Program-made: the position numbers and the translations under genes
Notes under the pieces: model-generated
Told to the model about the DNA's origin: nothing
Databases searched by the model: none
What the model saw: the letters and a program-made list of their open reading frames with translations, nothing else
Source: Synechococcus sp.
GTDB lineage: Bacteria; Cyanobacteriota; Cyanobacteriia; Thermostichales; PCC-7336
Reading direction: 5' to 3'
DNA: 44,029 nucleotides
Assembly: GCA_051439425.1 (NCBI GenBank)
Contig: JBFRWD010000143.1
Location: 1 to 44,029, forward strand
Part shown: in pieces, positions 19,914-29,872 of the stretch
Numbering within the stretch: the stretch's first letter is position 1
Layout: each line of letters starts with the position of its first letter

Positions 19914-20504
19914 GTTCTGAAGGGCAGATTTCTGACCCTGACGCTATGGCTAGTGGAATACTACATAAAAAAATGTCAAATGCCACCAGATAAGATACGG
20001 GAATCCGCAGGATTCTGATACCTCAGAGGCAGGGGGTTGACCCCAAATTGACATTGTCTGCTCCGCAGATTACCCATTTTGGGCAATAGAAATACAAGAC
20101 ACTCTTTAGTTTTATCGATGGTTTGTTCGCTAGGGATAGAGTCGTAATTTCGGCTGATGTTTCCTCACGAACCTGTCGGGAATTTACAATTGTCTTAATG
20201 ATCTATGTTTCGGTGTATTGCGTTAATTTATATTGTGTCTGAAGCTTTTTAGTGTTTATTGATGAGCCTAGCTTTCTTTTTAAACGACCTAACCCTTTTG
20301 TAGGGTAATAAATAATTCTTTTTATCGGAAAAATCTGTACGTTTGATTGTGGCCTGTTGGTCTTGGTAAAGCAGTGTTCGGACTGAACGCGTGGGCGGAA
20401 AATGCTGCGGTGTCTGTGGTTCACGGCTGAGTATTCTTACTGTTATTGATGGTGCGAAATCTGCATGGATGTACTGGCGTAGGGCGATTGCTTGTCGGGG
20501 ACGG

Positions 20505-20903
20505 TTAGTAGGGAGGCTGAGATTTCTTTACCCAGGCCAAGCTTGGGTAGTATTTCAAGATTGCAATACCAATGATGCGATCGCGATTAATGGGGCCAAA
20601 CGTACGACTATCGGTGCTAGCGGTGGCGTTGTCTCCCAGGACGTAAAATTCTGAGTCATTTAATTGATACGGTATGCCCCAGCAGGGAGCTATTTCGCCA
20701 GGCAGGGCTGCAACTCGTTTGAGGTAGGTGCGGTGCTCAGCAGAGTCAGGTGGATTGTTCGATGTTGCCGATCGCGCATCTCGAAACACGATCGCATCTC
20801 CTTTGCGGGGCTGCTTGGAATGCCAAATCAGCAGGCGATCTCCATCAGAAAAGAGGGGCAGCATGCTGCCCCCCTGAACTCGATATCTAGAGAAAATTGG
20901 CAT
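20505..20903 (-). CDS. sodX: Nickel-SOD maturation protease (S26 family)
   Basis: V.GGSMLP...DGD, KRV, GDN...STDSRTFG; directly downstream of sodN. Confidence 0.88.
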   Translation of the reverse strand: MPIFSRYRVQGGSMLPLFSDGDRLLIWHSKQPRKGDAIVFRDARSATSNNPPDSAEHRTYLKRVAALPGEIAPCWGIPYQLNDSEFYVLGDNATASTDSRTFGPINRDRIIGIAILKYYPSLAWVKKSQPPY

Positions 20904-21017
20904 CTAGAGACGCGAGATGATGATGAGTCAGTGGCAACCACAGATGAATGATTGCTCTGACATTCGCTCCAGCCGATTGCTGATTAGCCGATTGCTGGTA
21001 AGGAATTCGGAGATGAC

Positions 21018-21485
21018 TTAGGCCGCTTTGGTAGCACGGAAGATATCGCCGATCTCGGTCACCATGGTTTTGAGTTGATTGGCTGCGGTTACGTCAACGG
21101 TGCGCTTAACGGCGGAGCACTGTTTGGTTGCTTTGTGAATTTTTTCAGTCAGGTCGGGGTAATTAGCAAAGTGCTCGGGTTTGAAGTAGTCGGTCCACAG
21201 AATCAGTAGCTCTTTCTTGCATTTCTGAGCGTATTCTTCGTTGACCGAGGTCATGCGGCTAACGGTTTTGTCGTAAGCAACTTTAGCGGCGGCATCCCCT
21301 GCTGCAGGAGGCTCTAGGGCAGACAGCTTTTCGTGCATTTTTACAACAGTCTCTGCAGCCCAGAACATGGAATCGGGCTCGTAGACGCCGCAGGGAACGT
21401 CGCAGTGGGCGCTTGCTACAGGTAGGGAAGTGCTGTTTTCAAAACGGTTGATAATTGCTTTCCAGCTGTGGGAAACAAAATTCAC
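21018..21485 (-). CDS. sodN: Nickel superoxide dismutase precursor
   Basis: Leader followed by the nickel hook HCDVPCGVYEP; ILWTDYFKPEH; GTG start. Confidence 0.95.
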   Translation of the reverse strand: MNFVSHSWKAIINRFENSTSLPVASAHCDVPCGVYEPDSMFWAAETVVKMHEKLSALEPPAAGDAAAKVAYDKTVSRMTSVNEEYAQKCKKELLILWTDYFKPEHFANYPDLTEKIHKATKQCSAVKRTVDVTAANQLKTMVTEIGDIFRATKAA

Positions 21486-21832
21486 GGGTTATACCCTCGC
21501 TTGTCTAGAAGGTTAGTTGAGTGATGGGTTAGACCTCAGGAGCTGCAAACCCGTGTCTAATGCTACGACTGACACACGCGCAGTTTTCCTGTCACGCTTG
21601 GCATTCTATCGCTAGCGATGGTGAGCAGCAATTGATTCGTGGAGGATTATCTGAAGGTTTTTGGGTTGGTGTCTTCCCGCGCCACTGATGGGGGAGCTCG
21701 CTCGATTGTCGAGAGCATTTATGGCTATTAAGTCTGTATACAGCCAGAGATTGATATCTTTGAGTTTTGGCAACGGGATGCCGTTGATGCGAGAGAAACT
21801 GTGCCAAGATCAACCCTTTAGAGAGAGTTATC

Positions 21833-22387
21833 TTATGAGTTGATGCTCTTGACTGGTTTCAACTGGCCGCGGCATTTTCCGCATCTGTGCCGTTTGACAT
21901 CAATTGAGTTTCGCTGGCGTCGATAGATCGCTCCACATTGACTGCAATCCCAGCGGTACTTGGTGTGACGTTGTACTTCTTCCGTAAAGCTGTGATGTTG
22001 TGTAACCTCGAATTCTGATTGTATTCGATTCACTTCCGCCATCTTGGTCTGAAACAAAGTGCCGTGACCGTGGCGCAGATCTTCCAGATACAGAGATACC
22101 CAAGCATGAATCATCTCGTGGGCTAATGTCGCGAGTAGGTCAGCGTGAGGACGCTGTTGCAGCAACGGCAGCGATAGGCGAATGCCATATTCAAATTCAG
22201 GCTTTTTCCCGTCCAAATGTTGCTTCCACCAAAACAGGCCCGCCGCGCGTGTCATTCGTTTTGACCATGCCACCGGAATAACCGGAATTTGATGGTCGAA
22301 TAATTCTCGATTGAGCTGCGTGAATAAAGCCTCAAGATCGGGACGCTGGTTGTCGAGCTGAGCTTCAATAGCGGTAGTGGCTGGCAT
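21833..22387 (-). CDS. SprT-like zinc metalloprotease
   Basis: WSKRMTRAAG, TLAHEMIH, HG..F, C-terminal CxxC...CxxC zinc ribbon. Confidence 0.9.
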   Translation of the reverse strand: MPATTAIEAQLDNQRPDLEALFTQLNRELFDHQIPVIPVAWSKRMTRAAGLFWWKQHLDGKKPEFEYGIRLSLPLLQQRPHADLLATLAHEMIHAWVSLYLEDLRHGHGTLFQTKMAEVNRIQSEFEVTQHHSFTEEVQRHTKYRWDCSQCGAIYRRQRNSIDVKRHRCGKCRGQLKPVKSINS

Positions 22388-22435
22388 GTATGTTTTTGCC
22401 TGTCTCTACTCGTGTTTCGGTGTATTCAGTCAATC

Positions 22436-23854
22436 ATGCCAAAGGTCAAATCGGAATGGGTATGCAGTGAATGCGGCGATCGCTTTCCCCGCTCGTTGGG
22501 TCGCTGTACCAGTTGCGGCACTTGGGGAAGTTTAGTAGAGCAAATTGATTCAACCGCCGCTGCTAAAACTCCCCGCGCCCAGCTTCGAGCCAAGGTCGGC
22601 AGCAAGAAAGTGCCTGCAGCCACCGGTGTGCCCATCAACGCCACTCAACTGCCCAACATCGAGCAGGATACAGTGACTCGCATTGCCTCGGGTTACGGAG
22701 AATTCGATCGCGTTTTGGGGGGCGGTATTGTGCCGGGGTCGCTGGTGCTGATTGGAGGCGATCCGGGGGTGGGAAAATCGACATTACTCTTGCAGTCCGC
22801 CAGCCACACCTCCCAAAACGGTCGGGTTCTGTATGTTTGTGCTGAAGAATCTGGGCAACAGGTGAAATTGCGAGCCAGCCGTCTGAGTGTGGATGGCAGT
22901 CAGCTCTACATCCTGCCCGAAACGGATTTGGATGCAATTTTGTTGGAGTTGGAAACCCTGCAGCCGCAGATTGCCGTTATCGACAGTATTCAAGCCATCT
23001 TTTGGGGGGAATTAAACTCGGCGCCGGGGTCGGTATCTCAGGTGCGGGAATGTACGGGTGCTCTCATGCGGATTGCCAAACAGCGGAATATCTCTCTGTT
23101 GATTGTGGGTCACGTCACTAAGGATGGGGCGATCGCCGGTCCCAAAGTACTGGAGCACCTGGTGGATACGGTGCTGTATTTCGAGGGCGATCGGTTTCAA
23201 ACTCATCGACTGTTGCGATCGGTCAAAAACCGGTTCGGAGCCACCCAGGAAGTCGGTGTATTTGACATGATTGATGTCGGTCTGGCCGAAGTCACCAACC
23301 CTTCCGAGCTGTTTATTTCCAGCCGCACGGACGTCACCTCTGGCACCGCTACGATTGTCGCTTGCGAAGGTACTCGTCCCTTGGTGGTGGAAGTCCAAGC
23401 TCTGGTTAGCCCCACCAGCTATAGTTCTCCTCGCCGCACCGCCACGGGGATCGAGACCAGTCGTTTTCTACAAATTCTGGCTGTTCTGGAGAAGCGAGTC
23501 GGCATCCCCCTTTCAAAACTGGATGCCTATATTGCGTCGGCTGGAGGAATCAATGTCTCGGAGCCTGCCGTCGATCTGGGGATTGCGATCGCGATTGCCG
23601 CTAGCTTCCGCGATCGCACTGTCGATCCGCACACCGTCTTGATTGGGGAATTGGGGTTGGGGGGACAGGTGCGTTCCGTCTCACAACTGGAGCAGCGCCT
23701 CAAGGAAGCCTCCAAATTAGGGTTTCGACGGGCGATTGTTCCCAAGGGTAAGGTGTTGCAAAACCACGGTTTAGAGATCGTTCAAGTCAGTCGAGTGTTG
23801 GAAGCGTTGATTGCTGCTCTCCCCGGTGCAGATGTTGAGGTTGAGGATGATTAA
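22436..23854 (+). CDS. radA: DNA repair protein RadA/Sms
   Basis: CxxC..GxCxxCG zinc finger, GGDPGVGKSTL, KNRFG motif, Lon-like C-terminus; ATG at 22436. Confidence 0.97.
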   Translation: MPKVKSEWVCSECGDRFPRSLGRCTSCGTWGSLVEQIDSTAAAKTPRAQLRAKVGSKKVPAATGVPINATQLPNIEQDTVTRIASGYGEFDRVLGGGIVPGSLVLIGGDPGVGKSTLLLQSASHTSQNGRVLYVCAEESGQQVKLRASRLSVDGSQLYILPETDLDAILLELETLQPQIAVIDSIQAIFWGELNSAPGSVSQVRECTGALMRIAKQRNISLLIVGHVTKDGAIAGPKVLEHLVDTVLYFEGDRFQTHRLLRSVKNRFGATQEVGVFDMIDVGLAEVTNPSELFISSRTDVTSGTATIVACEGTRPLVVEVQALVSPTSYSSPRRTATGIETSRFLQILAVLEKRVGIPLSKLDAYIASAGGINVSEPAVDLGIAIAIAASFRDRTVDPHTVLIGELGLGGQVRSVSQLEQRLKEASKLGFRRAIVPKGKVLQNHGLEIVQVSRVLEALIAALPGADVEVEDD

Positions 23855-23871
23855 CTGGTTTCGTTCTTGAT

Positions 23872-23913
23872 ATTTTGTGGTGACGTTTCAGAATTTTGTG
23901 GTGGCGTTTCAGA
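23872..23913. repeat. 21-bp tandem duplication
   Basis: ATTTTGTGGTGACGTTTCAGA / ATTTTGTGGTGGCGTTTCAGA (1 mismatch) between the convergent radA and ogt ends. Confidence 0.85.
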
Positions 23914-23914
23914 G

Positions 23915-24445
23915 TCAGCCAAATAGATCTAATTGCCGATCGGCGAACTGGCGTTCCAACTGCAGTAAGGCTTGCTTGCGCTCCACGCCCCAACGGAATC
24001 CTGTCAAACTGCCCGTACTGCCGACAACGCGATGGCATGGCACCACTAATGCTGTCGGATTGGTGGCACAGGCTCGCCCCACTGCCCGTGCCGCTGCTGG
24101 CGATTTACCCAACTGGTGGGCCAATGATCCATAGGTCATCGTGCTGCCCACAGGAATCTGTCGCAAGCTCTGCCACACTTGGTTCTGAAACTCAGTCCCA
24201 GTGATCGCGGTGGGTAGATTGGGCCATGTGCCACCGTTGAGATAGGTAACCAACTGTTCCATCCAGTCCACTACAGGAGCCTCATTGGTTTCTGCGATTG
24301 CCCCTAACTCTTGTTCAAGTTCCTGCACTAACTCTGCTTTTTCATCCGCTAATTTCACGCTGCAAATACCATCGACCGTTCCGGCCACCAACAGACAGCC
24401 GAGGGATGTGTGGGTGGTTGAGTAGGGAATGGGATAGATTGCCAC
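23915..24445 (-). CDS. ogt: Methylated-DNA--protein-cysteine methyltransferase
   Basis: GTEFQ..VW..L..IP.G...TYG, ARAVG.ACA.NP, active-site PCHRV. Confidence 0.93.
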   Translation of the reverse strand: MAIYPIPYSTTHTSLGCLLVAGTVDGICSVKLADEKAELVQELEQELGAIAETNEAPVVDWMEQLVTYLNGGTWPNLPTAITGTEFQNQVWQSLRQIPVGSTMTYGSLAHQLGKSPAAARAVGRACATNPTALVVPCHRVVGSTGSLTGFRWGVERKQALLQLERQFADRQLDLFG

Positions 24446-24567
24446 GATCGGAACCCCTTCATCAGAATTCGGCTAGTTTGCTGAGAGGTGCCGCCTCGTT
24501 TGCCGACCTATCTGACTGCGGTCGAACACCTTAATCCTTATTGAAATGGCGAACACTACAGTCTCAG

Positions 24568-24752
24568 TGAGGATACTGGGGATAAGCTGTGGATTGTGGC
24601 GTTCTACAGTAAAAGTCTTAACCTTTCAGCTCCATCCACAAATAGGGCAAAACATCCCAATTATTTCTGAAGGACACCAAATGTAGAACTAAGATTACGC
24701 AAACATGAAGTTTCCACAGGTTTTTCCACACTGTTAATAAAAACTTTTGCTT
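24568..24752. promoter_or_regulatory. DnaA-box cluster (oriC-like element)
   Basis: TTTTCCACA 24722-24730, GTTTCCACA 24710-24718, CCATCCACA 24632-24640; reverse TTATCCCCA 24577-24585, CAATCCACA 24588-24596, GTATCCTCA 24568-24576, TTATTAACA 24732-24740; AT-rich tail. Confidence 0.6.
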
Positions 24753-24761
24753 TACCTAGCC

Positions 24762-25106
24762 TTAGTTTTTGGCTGTTGTGCGTTTTGCACGAACTGCTGC
24801 CTGTCGAGCAGATTCCACCCAGTCAGCGAGGGTCTGTGGATTATTGAGAATAGATTCGGGGACTGAATAATAGGACATCTGTACCGGTTTGCCCTTGCGA
24901 TCGTAAATGAATGGTGTGCAGCCAGCTGATTCGTATTGCTCTTGATTGTGGCGATCGCATTTGAAATACGGGCGATGGTCGGCCACCAATCCAAACATGA
25001 CCCCCTCGATATAGAGGCCATATCCGCCAAACATGGCCCGCTTGGTCACTGGCGCGCACAACTGTAAGTGTTCTAATAGTTCGTCTAAGGCTTGACTCGA
25101 TGCCAT
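24762..25106 (-). CDS. TfoX/Sxy N-terminal domain protein
   Basis: RAMFGGYGLY..G.MFGLV....YFK, PF.Y, MSYY.VP. Confidence 0.9.
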   Translation of the reverse strand: MASSQALDELLEHLQLCAPVTKRAMFGGYGLYIEGVMFGLVADHRPYFKCDRHNQEQYESAGCTPFIYDRKGKPVQMSYYSVPESILNNPQTLADWVESARQAAVRAKRTTAKN

Positions 25107-25165
25107 CGGTTCCCTGCTATGCGACTGTTGTTCTTACGCTGATTGAACACTAGAGAGGAGGATCG

Positions 25166-26782
25166 ATGTCTGTTCGATGGCGTCGCATTCTATTGATGGG
25201 TCTTGGGTTACTGATACTCATTGCTGTTGGATATTGGGTCACTCCCTCTGTCGATCGCACCCTGTCGCCCGAGCGGTTGCTGGAACCGCTGCCGCAGCAT
25301 CCTCAAATCCGGGTGGCATTCAATCAGGTGAGATCGCATCGGTATACCGATCCATACCGACATATAGAACGGTATGGAGACGATCTGGAAGCATTTCTAA
25401 TTGAAGAAATTGAGCAGGCCCGCTATTCCATTGCCGTTGCCGTCCAAGAAATTAACTTGCCGGATATCGCCCAAGCATTGGCCGATCGCCAGCGGGCAGG
25501 GTTGCGGGTGCGGGCGATCGTGGAAAACAGCTATCGACGAAATTGGGGAGACTTGACTCCGAGCGAGGTTGACCGGCTGGATGAGGACGACCGGCGCAAG
25601 TTTGCCGAGTATTTGCAGATCGTGGATAGCGATCGCAACGGTCGCATTTCCCCCTCCGAGCGCCAACAGCAGGATGCGCTGGCCATATTGGAAGCAGCTG
25701 GAATCCCGATTGTGGACGATACCGAGGATGGGTCTCGTGGCAGCGATTTGATGCACCACAAATTTATGGTGATTGACGATCGCGAGGTGGTGACCGGCTC
25801 GGCAAACTGGACGTTAAGCGGCATGCATGGGGATTTTGATCGGCGGCAGAGCCGAGGGAATGCCAATCATGTGGTGGCGATCGCCAATGAGGATGTGGCT
25901 CAAATCTTTCTGCAGGAATTTGGGTTGATGTGGGGGGATGGACCTGGGGGAGCACAGGACAGCAAGTTTGGAGTGCAGAAGCCAGAGCGACAGTTGCAGC
26001 AAGTGCCGGTGGGAGATGCCAAGGTGGGAGTGCATTTTTCTCCAGCCAGCTCGGGGGTTGGTTATGCCCTCACCACTGGGGGGGAGATCGACCGAGCACT
26101 GGCACGGGCAACATCCTCCGTGGATTTGGCACTGTTTGTGTTTAGCGATCGCACGCTGGCCGAGCGATTGCAGGGATTGCGCGATCGGGGGATCGATATT
26201 CGGGGTGTATTCGATCCGGGATTTGCCTATCGCGATTTTAGTCAAACCCTAACGCTGTGGAATCTTGCTGAGGATGCCTGTCTGTCTGAGGGGGAACCGC
26301 AACGATTTCCACTAGAGACCATCGGCGTTCCCGAGCTGCCTGAGGGGGATAAGTTACACCACAAATTCGCCGTTATCGATGCTCTAAGCCCGCGCCCTAC
26401 TGTAATTACCGGTTCCCATAATTGGAGCAATGCTGCCAATCGGAATAACGACGAGACCCTACTCGCAATTACATCTCCCACTGTCGCGGCTCATTTCTCC
26501 CGCGAATTCGATCGCCTCTATCGCGACGCTATCCTTGGCCCCCCTCGCTTTTTGCTGGCCGATGCCCCCGATCTCAAACCCTGTGCTCCGGATGAAGGCA
26601 TAGTCGTGGTGAATCTCAATTCCGCCACCCTCGACGAGCTAGATACTCTGCCCGGGATCGGACCAACATTAGCCGGGCGGATTGTCGAGGCTCGTCCCAT
26701 TCGCTCTCTGCAAGATTTAGAAGCGATTGATGGGATTGGATCTGGCAAGGTGACTGATTTAAGGGGGCTAGTTGTGTGGTGA
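25166..26782 (+). CDS. comA: Competence protein: phospholipase D-like nuclease domains plus ComEA helix-hairpin-helix
   Basis: N-terminal TM; two HKD motifs (MHHKFMVID, LHHKFAVID); C-terminal NLNSATLDELDTLPGIGPTLA..I; architecture of Synechocystis ComA. Confidence 0.85.
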   Translation: MSVRWRRILLMGLGLLILIAVGYWVTPSVDRTLSPERLLEPLPQHPQIRVAFNQVRSHRYTDPYRHIERYGDDLEAFLIEEIEQARYSIAVAVQEINLPDIAQALADRQRAGLRVRAIVENSYRRNWGDLTPSEVDRLDEDDRRKFAEYLQIVDSDRNGRISPSERQQQDALAILEAAGIPIVDDTEDGSRGSDLMHHKFMVIDDREVVTGSANWTLSGMHGDFDRRQSRGNANHVVAIANEDVAQIFLQEFGLMWGDGPGGAQDSKFGVQKPERQLQQVPVGDAKVGVHFSPASSGVGYALTTGGEIDRALARATSSVDLALFVFSDRTLAERLQGLRDRGIDIRGVFDPGFAYRDFSQTLTLWNLAEDACLSEGEPQRFPLETIGVPELPEGDKLHHKFAVIDALSPRPTVITGSHNWSNAANRNNDETLLAITSPTVAAHFSREFDRLYRDAILGPPRFLLADAPDLKPCAPDEGIVVVNLNSATLDELDTLPGIGPTLAGRIVEARPIRSLQDLEAIDGIGSGKVTDLRGLVVW

Positions 26783-26838
26783 GTTAAGGGATCGAGCAAG
26801 CGCTGTGTTTTCGCGATCGAGTGAGATACGGGTAAATT

Positions 26839-26944
26839 TGTAGCGATCAGCAATCTGCTATGGAGAGTTTCCTAAGTACTTTTCCTTGCCAATACAAGGA
26901 TTCTAGCTGTCTCAATACTCCAGACCTAAGAGCGGATTGCTATA
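26839..26944 (+). mobile_element. MITE-like repeat, copy 1
   Basis: TGTAGC...GCTATA ends with internal inverted AGCAATCTGCT/AGCGGATTGCT; aligns along its length with 31557-31661. Confidence 0.7.
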
Positions 26945-27082
26945 CGTCTCTTCCCCGTTTGTTTGTAAGCCATCGTCTCTGGGGATTTGAGAGGGGGTCT
27001 GAGTCCGATAGGTTGTCTTTTCCAGAACTTTGCAAAAATTGTCCACAATGAACATTTAATGTTGTTCAACCTAATTTAGACA

Positions 27083-27347
27083 ATGAAATCATTTAAATCT
27101 TTCCCGCTTCTTCTCGCCGCGATCGCTGTGACGTCCGTGGGGCTTTATAGCTGCGGTTCCGATGCTCCTACCGAGCCCGATAGCCAAACTCCTTCCGAGT
27201 GATGATGCGGGTGACAGTCTCAACGATGCTGTCGATAGCGCTCAAGAAGGTATCGACAATGCAGTGGATGGTACTAATGATGCTGTGAATAATGCAGTTG
27301 ATAGCGTAAACGATGCTATTGATGGTGAAACTAGCGAAACCGAGTAA
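27083..27347 (+). pseudogene. Frameshifted small lipoprotein with 11-residue acidic repeats
   Basis: MKSFKSFPLLLAAIAVTSVGLYS|C lipobox ORF stops at 27200-27202; the +1 frame continues LNDAVDSAQEG/IDNAVDGTNDA/VNNAVDSVNDA to TAA at 27347. Confidence 0.65.
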
Positions 27348-27397
27348 TCGATCGTGCTCACAACTGGATTGCGTTCATGAGGCGCAAGTTTCAGTGA

Positions 27398-27426
27398 CCC
27401 CCTGACAGTGATGTTGGGGGGCTTTG
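27398..27426 (+). terminator. Probable terminator hairpin
   Basis: CCCCCTGACA-GTGA-TGTTGGGGGG stem with GNRA loop and a short T tract. Confidence 0.5.
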
Positions 27427-27515
27427 AGTTGTGCATGGGAGCTTGTCTGGTATAGAAAACTGCTTACCTCAAGCTGTATCGCAAGTCGAATGTCTGCCGG
27501 GTGTATCAACACTGC

Positions 27516-29435
27516 CTATTCGGCGATCGCTGTTGTTCCCTCTGGCAAGTCTTGCGACTGACTGTCGCTATCTGCCTTGGTGTCGGGGTGAAAGTACTCG
27601 TAAATCTGGTCGGCTAGCTTCGGCCCAATCCCCGACACGCATGCTAGTTCTGCTGGGGTCGCGATTTGGATACGAGAGATAGAGCGGAACTCTTCTAGCA
27701 AGAGTTTTTGTCGGTTGGAACCCAAGCCGGGAATATCGTCCAGCGTAGAGTGTTGTTGGCGAACTTTGCGCTGCTGTCGGTGAAAGGTAATGGCAAACCG
27801 GTGGGCTTCGTCCCGCAATCGCTGGAGTAACAAGCGACCGGGATCGTCGTTGCCTAACAAGATTGGGTTCGACTGACCGGGTAGAAAGATGGCTTCTTCT
27901 CGTTTTGCTAACCCAATTGTGGGCATGTCATCTAGCCCCAGCCGTTCCAGCTCCGCCATCACTGCCGACAGCTGTCCTTTACCACCATCAATCAGAACAA
28001 GATCGGGAGCATCATCGTCTGTCATTGCGCCAAACCGCCGCCGCGCGACTTCTGCATGGCTAGCAAAGTCATCCGATCGCCCGATATGAACATCGGGGTT
28101 GCGAATTTTATAGCGGCGGTAATGTTGTTTGGCAGGAAGACCATCTACAAAAACCACGCGGCTACCAACGGCGTCGGAGCCTTGAATGTGAGAAATGTCG
28201 TAGCCTTCAATTCGTCTAGGTGGGGCCGGTAGGTTGAGGACATCCGCCAGCCGTTGTAGGGCGACGGCGTCGCGATCGGCGAGGCGCTGGTTGCGATCGA
28301 GTTCGTACTGGGCGTTACGAACCACTAGCTCCATCAGTTCTGCTTTCAGTTGCCGCTGTGGGGTGACCAGGCTGACTTTTCGACCTTTTTTCTCACTCAG
28401 CCACGATTCTAAAAAGTCGGTGTCGGGCAGGTCGAATTGAGTCAATATTTCTAGGGGGATTTCGACGGGATCGCAGTTTTGATAGTGCTCTTCCAGTGCC
28501 CGTTGCAAGATGAGGGCGGGGTCTGCTCCGGTGTTGTCGGCCACGAAGCCCAGGCGACCGACGAGCTTTCCCGCACGCACTTGGAATAACTGAATGCAGG
28601 CCCGGTGGGGGTTGGCGGCGAGGGCGATCGCATCTCGGGACACAGTTGAGTTGGGCAACGAGACTTTCTGTCGCTCCCCTAACTGAGCGAGGCCTCGAAA
28701 CTGGTCGCGGAAGCGGGCGGCTGCTTCGAAGTTTTCGGAGCCAGCAGCGTCCATCATGCGCTGTTCCAAACTGCCCATCAATTCATCTGCCTGTCCCTGG
28801 AAGACCATCGCAACAGCTTTGAGGGTGGCGTGATAGTCGTCGGGGGCGATCAGGTCTTGGCAGACGCCGGGACAGCGACCGATATCGTAGTTCAGGCAGG
28901 TGCGGTCTTTATAGAGCGGTTTGTAGCGCTGGCGTAACGGAAAGATGCGTTTGACTAGGCGGAGGGTGTAACGCAGGCTGCTGACGTCGGTGTAGGGGCC
29001 GTAATAGCGATCGCGTTTGCCGTTGCGTTCTCTAGTCAGACGACGGTTGCGGGTGATGAATAGTTGGGGGTAGTCCTGAGACCATGTGATGCAGAGGTAA
29101 GGATATTTCTTGTCGTCTTTGAGTAAGACGTTGTAAGGGGGCTGGTTGGTCTTGATTAAGTTGTCTTCGAGGGCGAGGGCCTCTGCTTCGGTATCGGTGA
29201 CAATAAATTCGATTTCGCAAATTTGCATGACCATCTGCTGCTTGCGCGGAGTCAGGTCAGTGCTGAAGCGAAAGTAGGAGCGGACGCGCGATCGCAGTCG
29301 TTTAGATTTGCCGACATACAAAATATTGTCGGTGCGGTCTCGCATCAGATAAACCCCCGGCTCCATTGGAATTTCCTTGAGTCGGGTTTCGAGAATCTCG
29401 CGGTTTTGCAGTAGCGGCTCGCGGACGGCGCTCAT
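27516..29435 (-). CDS. uvrC: Excinuclease ABC subunit C
   Basis: GIY-YIG (PGVYLM..LYVGKSK.LR.RV.SYF), UVR domain, [26 protein letters not shown], HhH. Confidence 0.97.
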   Translation of the reverse strand: MSAVREPLLQNREILETRLKEIPMEPGVYLMRDRTDNILYVGKSKRLRSRVRSYFRFSTDLTPRKQQMVMQICEIEFIVTDTEAEALALEDNLIKTNQPPYNVLLKDDKKYPYLCITWSQDYPQLFITRNRRLTRERNGKRDRYYGPYTDVSSLRYTLRLVKRIFPLRQRYKPLYKDRTCLNYDIGRCPGVCQDLIAPDDYHATLKAVAMVFQGQADELMGSLEQRMMDAAGSENFEAAARFRDQFRGLAQLGERQKVSLPNSTVSRDAIALAANPHRACIQLFQVRAGKLVGRLGFVADNTGADPALILQRALEEHYQNCDPVEIPLEILTQFDLPDTDFLESWLSEKKGRKVSLVTPQRQLKAELMELVVRNAQYELDRNQRLADRDAVALQRLADVLNLPAPPRRIEGYDISHIQGSDAVGSRVVFVDGLPAKQHYRRYKIRNPDVHIGRSDDFASHAEVARRRFGAMTDDDAPDLVLIDGGKGQLSAVMAELERLGLDDMPTIGLAKREEAIFLPGQSNPILLGNDDPGRLLLQRLRDEAHRFAITFHRQQRKVRQQHSTLDDIPGLGSNRQKLLLEEFRSISRIQIATPAELACVSGIGPKLADQIYEYFHPDTKADSDSQSQDLPEGTTAIAE

Positions 29436-29502
29436 GAAGGACGCAATACCTGTGCTGTTGAAGTGGCTTTAGCGTAACGCAGCTCTGGCGATCGCTGGAC
29501 TT

Positions 29503-29872
29503 ATGCGATGGTTCTCTAGGAAGAATCAACTATCCGACACAGTCACAGCCCGTTTGCAGGAGACGATCGCCTGTCACCAGTCCAAGAAATATGATCGTGC
29601 AGCAGCTATTTGCGACAGCATTTTACAAGAGCGTCCCAACCATCACGAGACCATACACCATGCATATGTTGGGTCTGGTTCGCTCTGGCCAAGGGGCTGT
29701 GGATGCTGCGATCGCCCTGATTGAGCCAGCCATCGCCCTCGCTCCGAACCAGGCGGCTTATCACAATAATCTGGGTGGCTTGAATCGTCAGTTGGGGCGA
29801 ATGGAACGTGCTACCCACTGTTTTTTACAGGTGCTTTGCTCAAGCCCGATTACGCCGAGTTTTATAAGGCTT
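29503..29872 (+). pseudogene. TPR-repeat protein N-terminal remnant
   Basis: TPR helices split over three frames (..ILQERPNHHETIH / MLGLV..AYHNNLG.. / LLKPDYAEFY); ends at the MITE-like copy 3. Confidence 0.7.
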
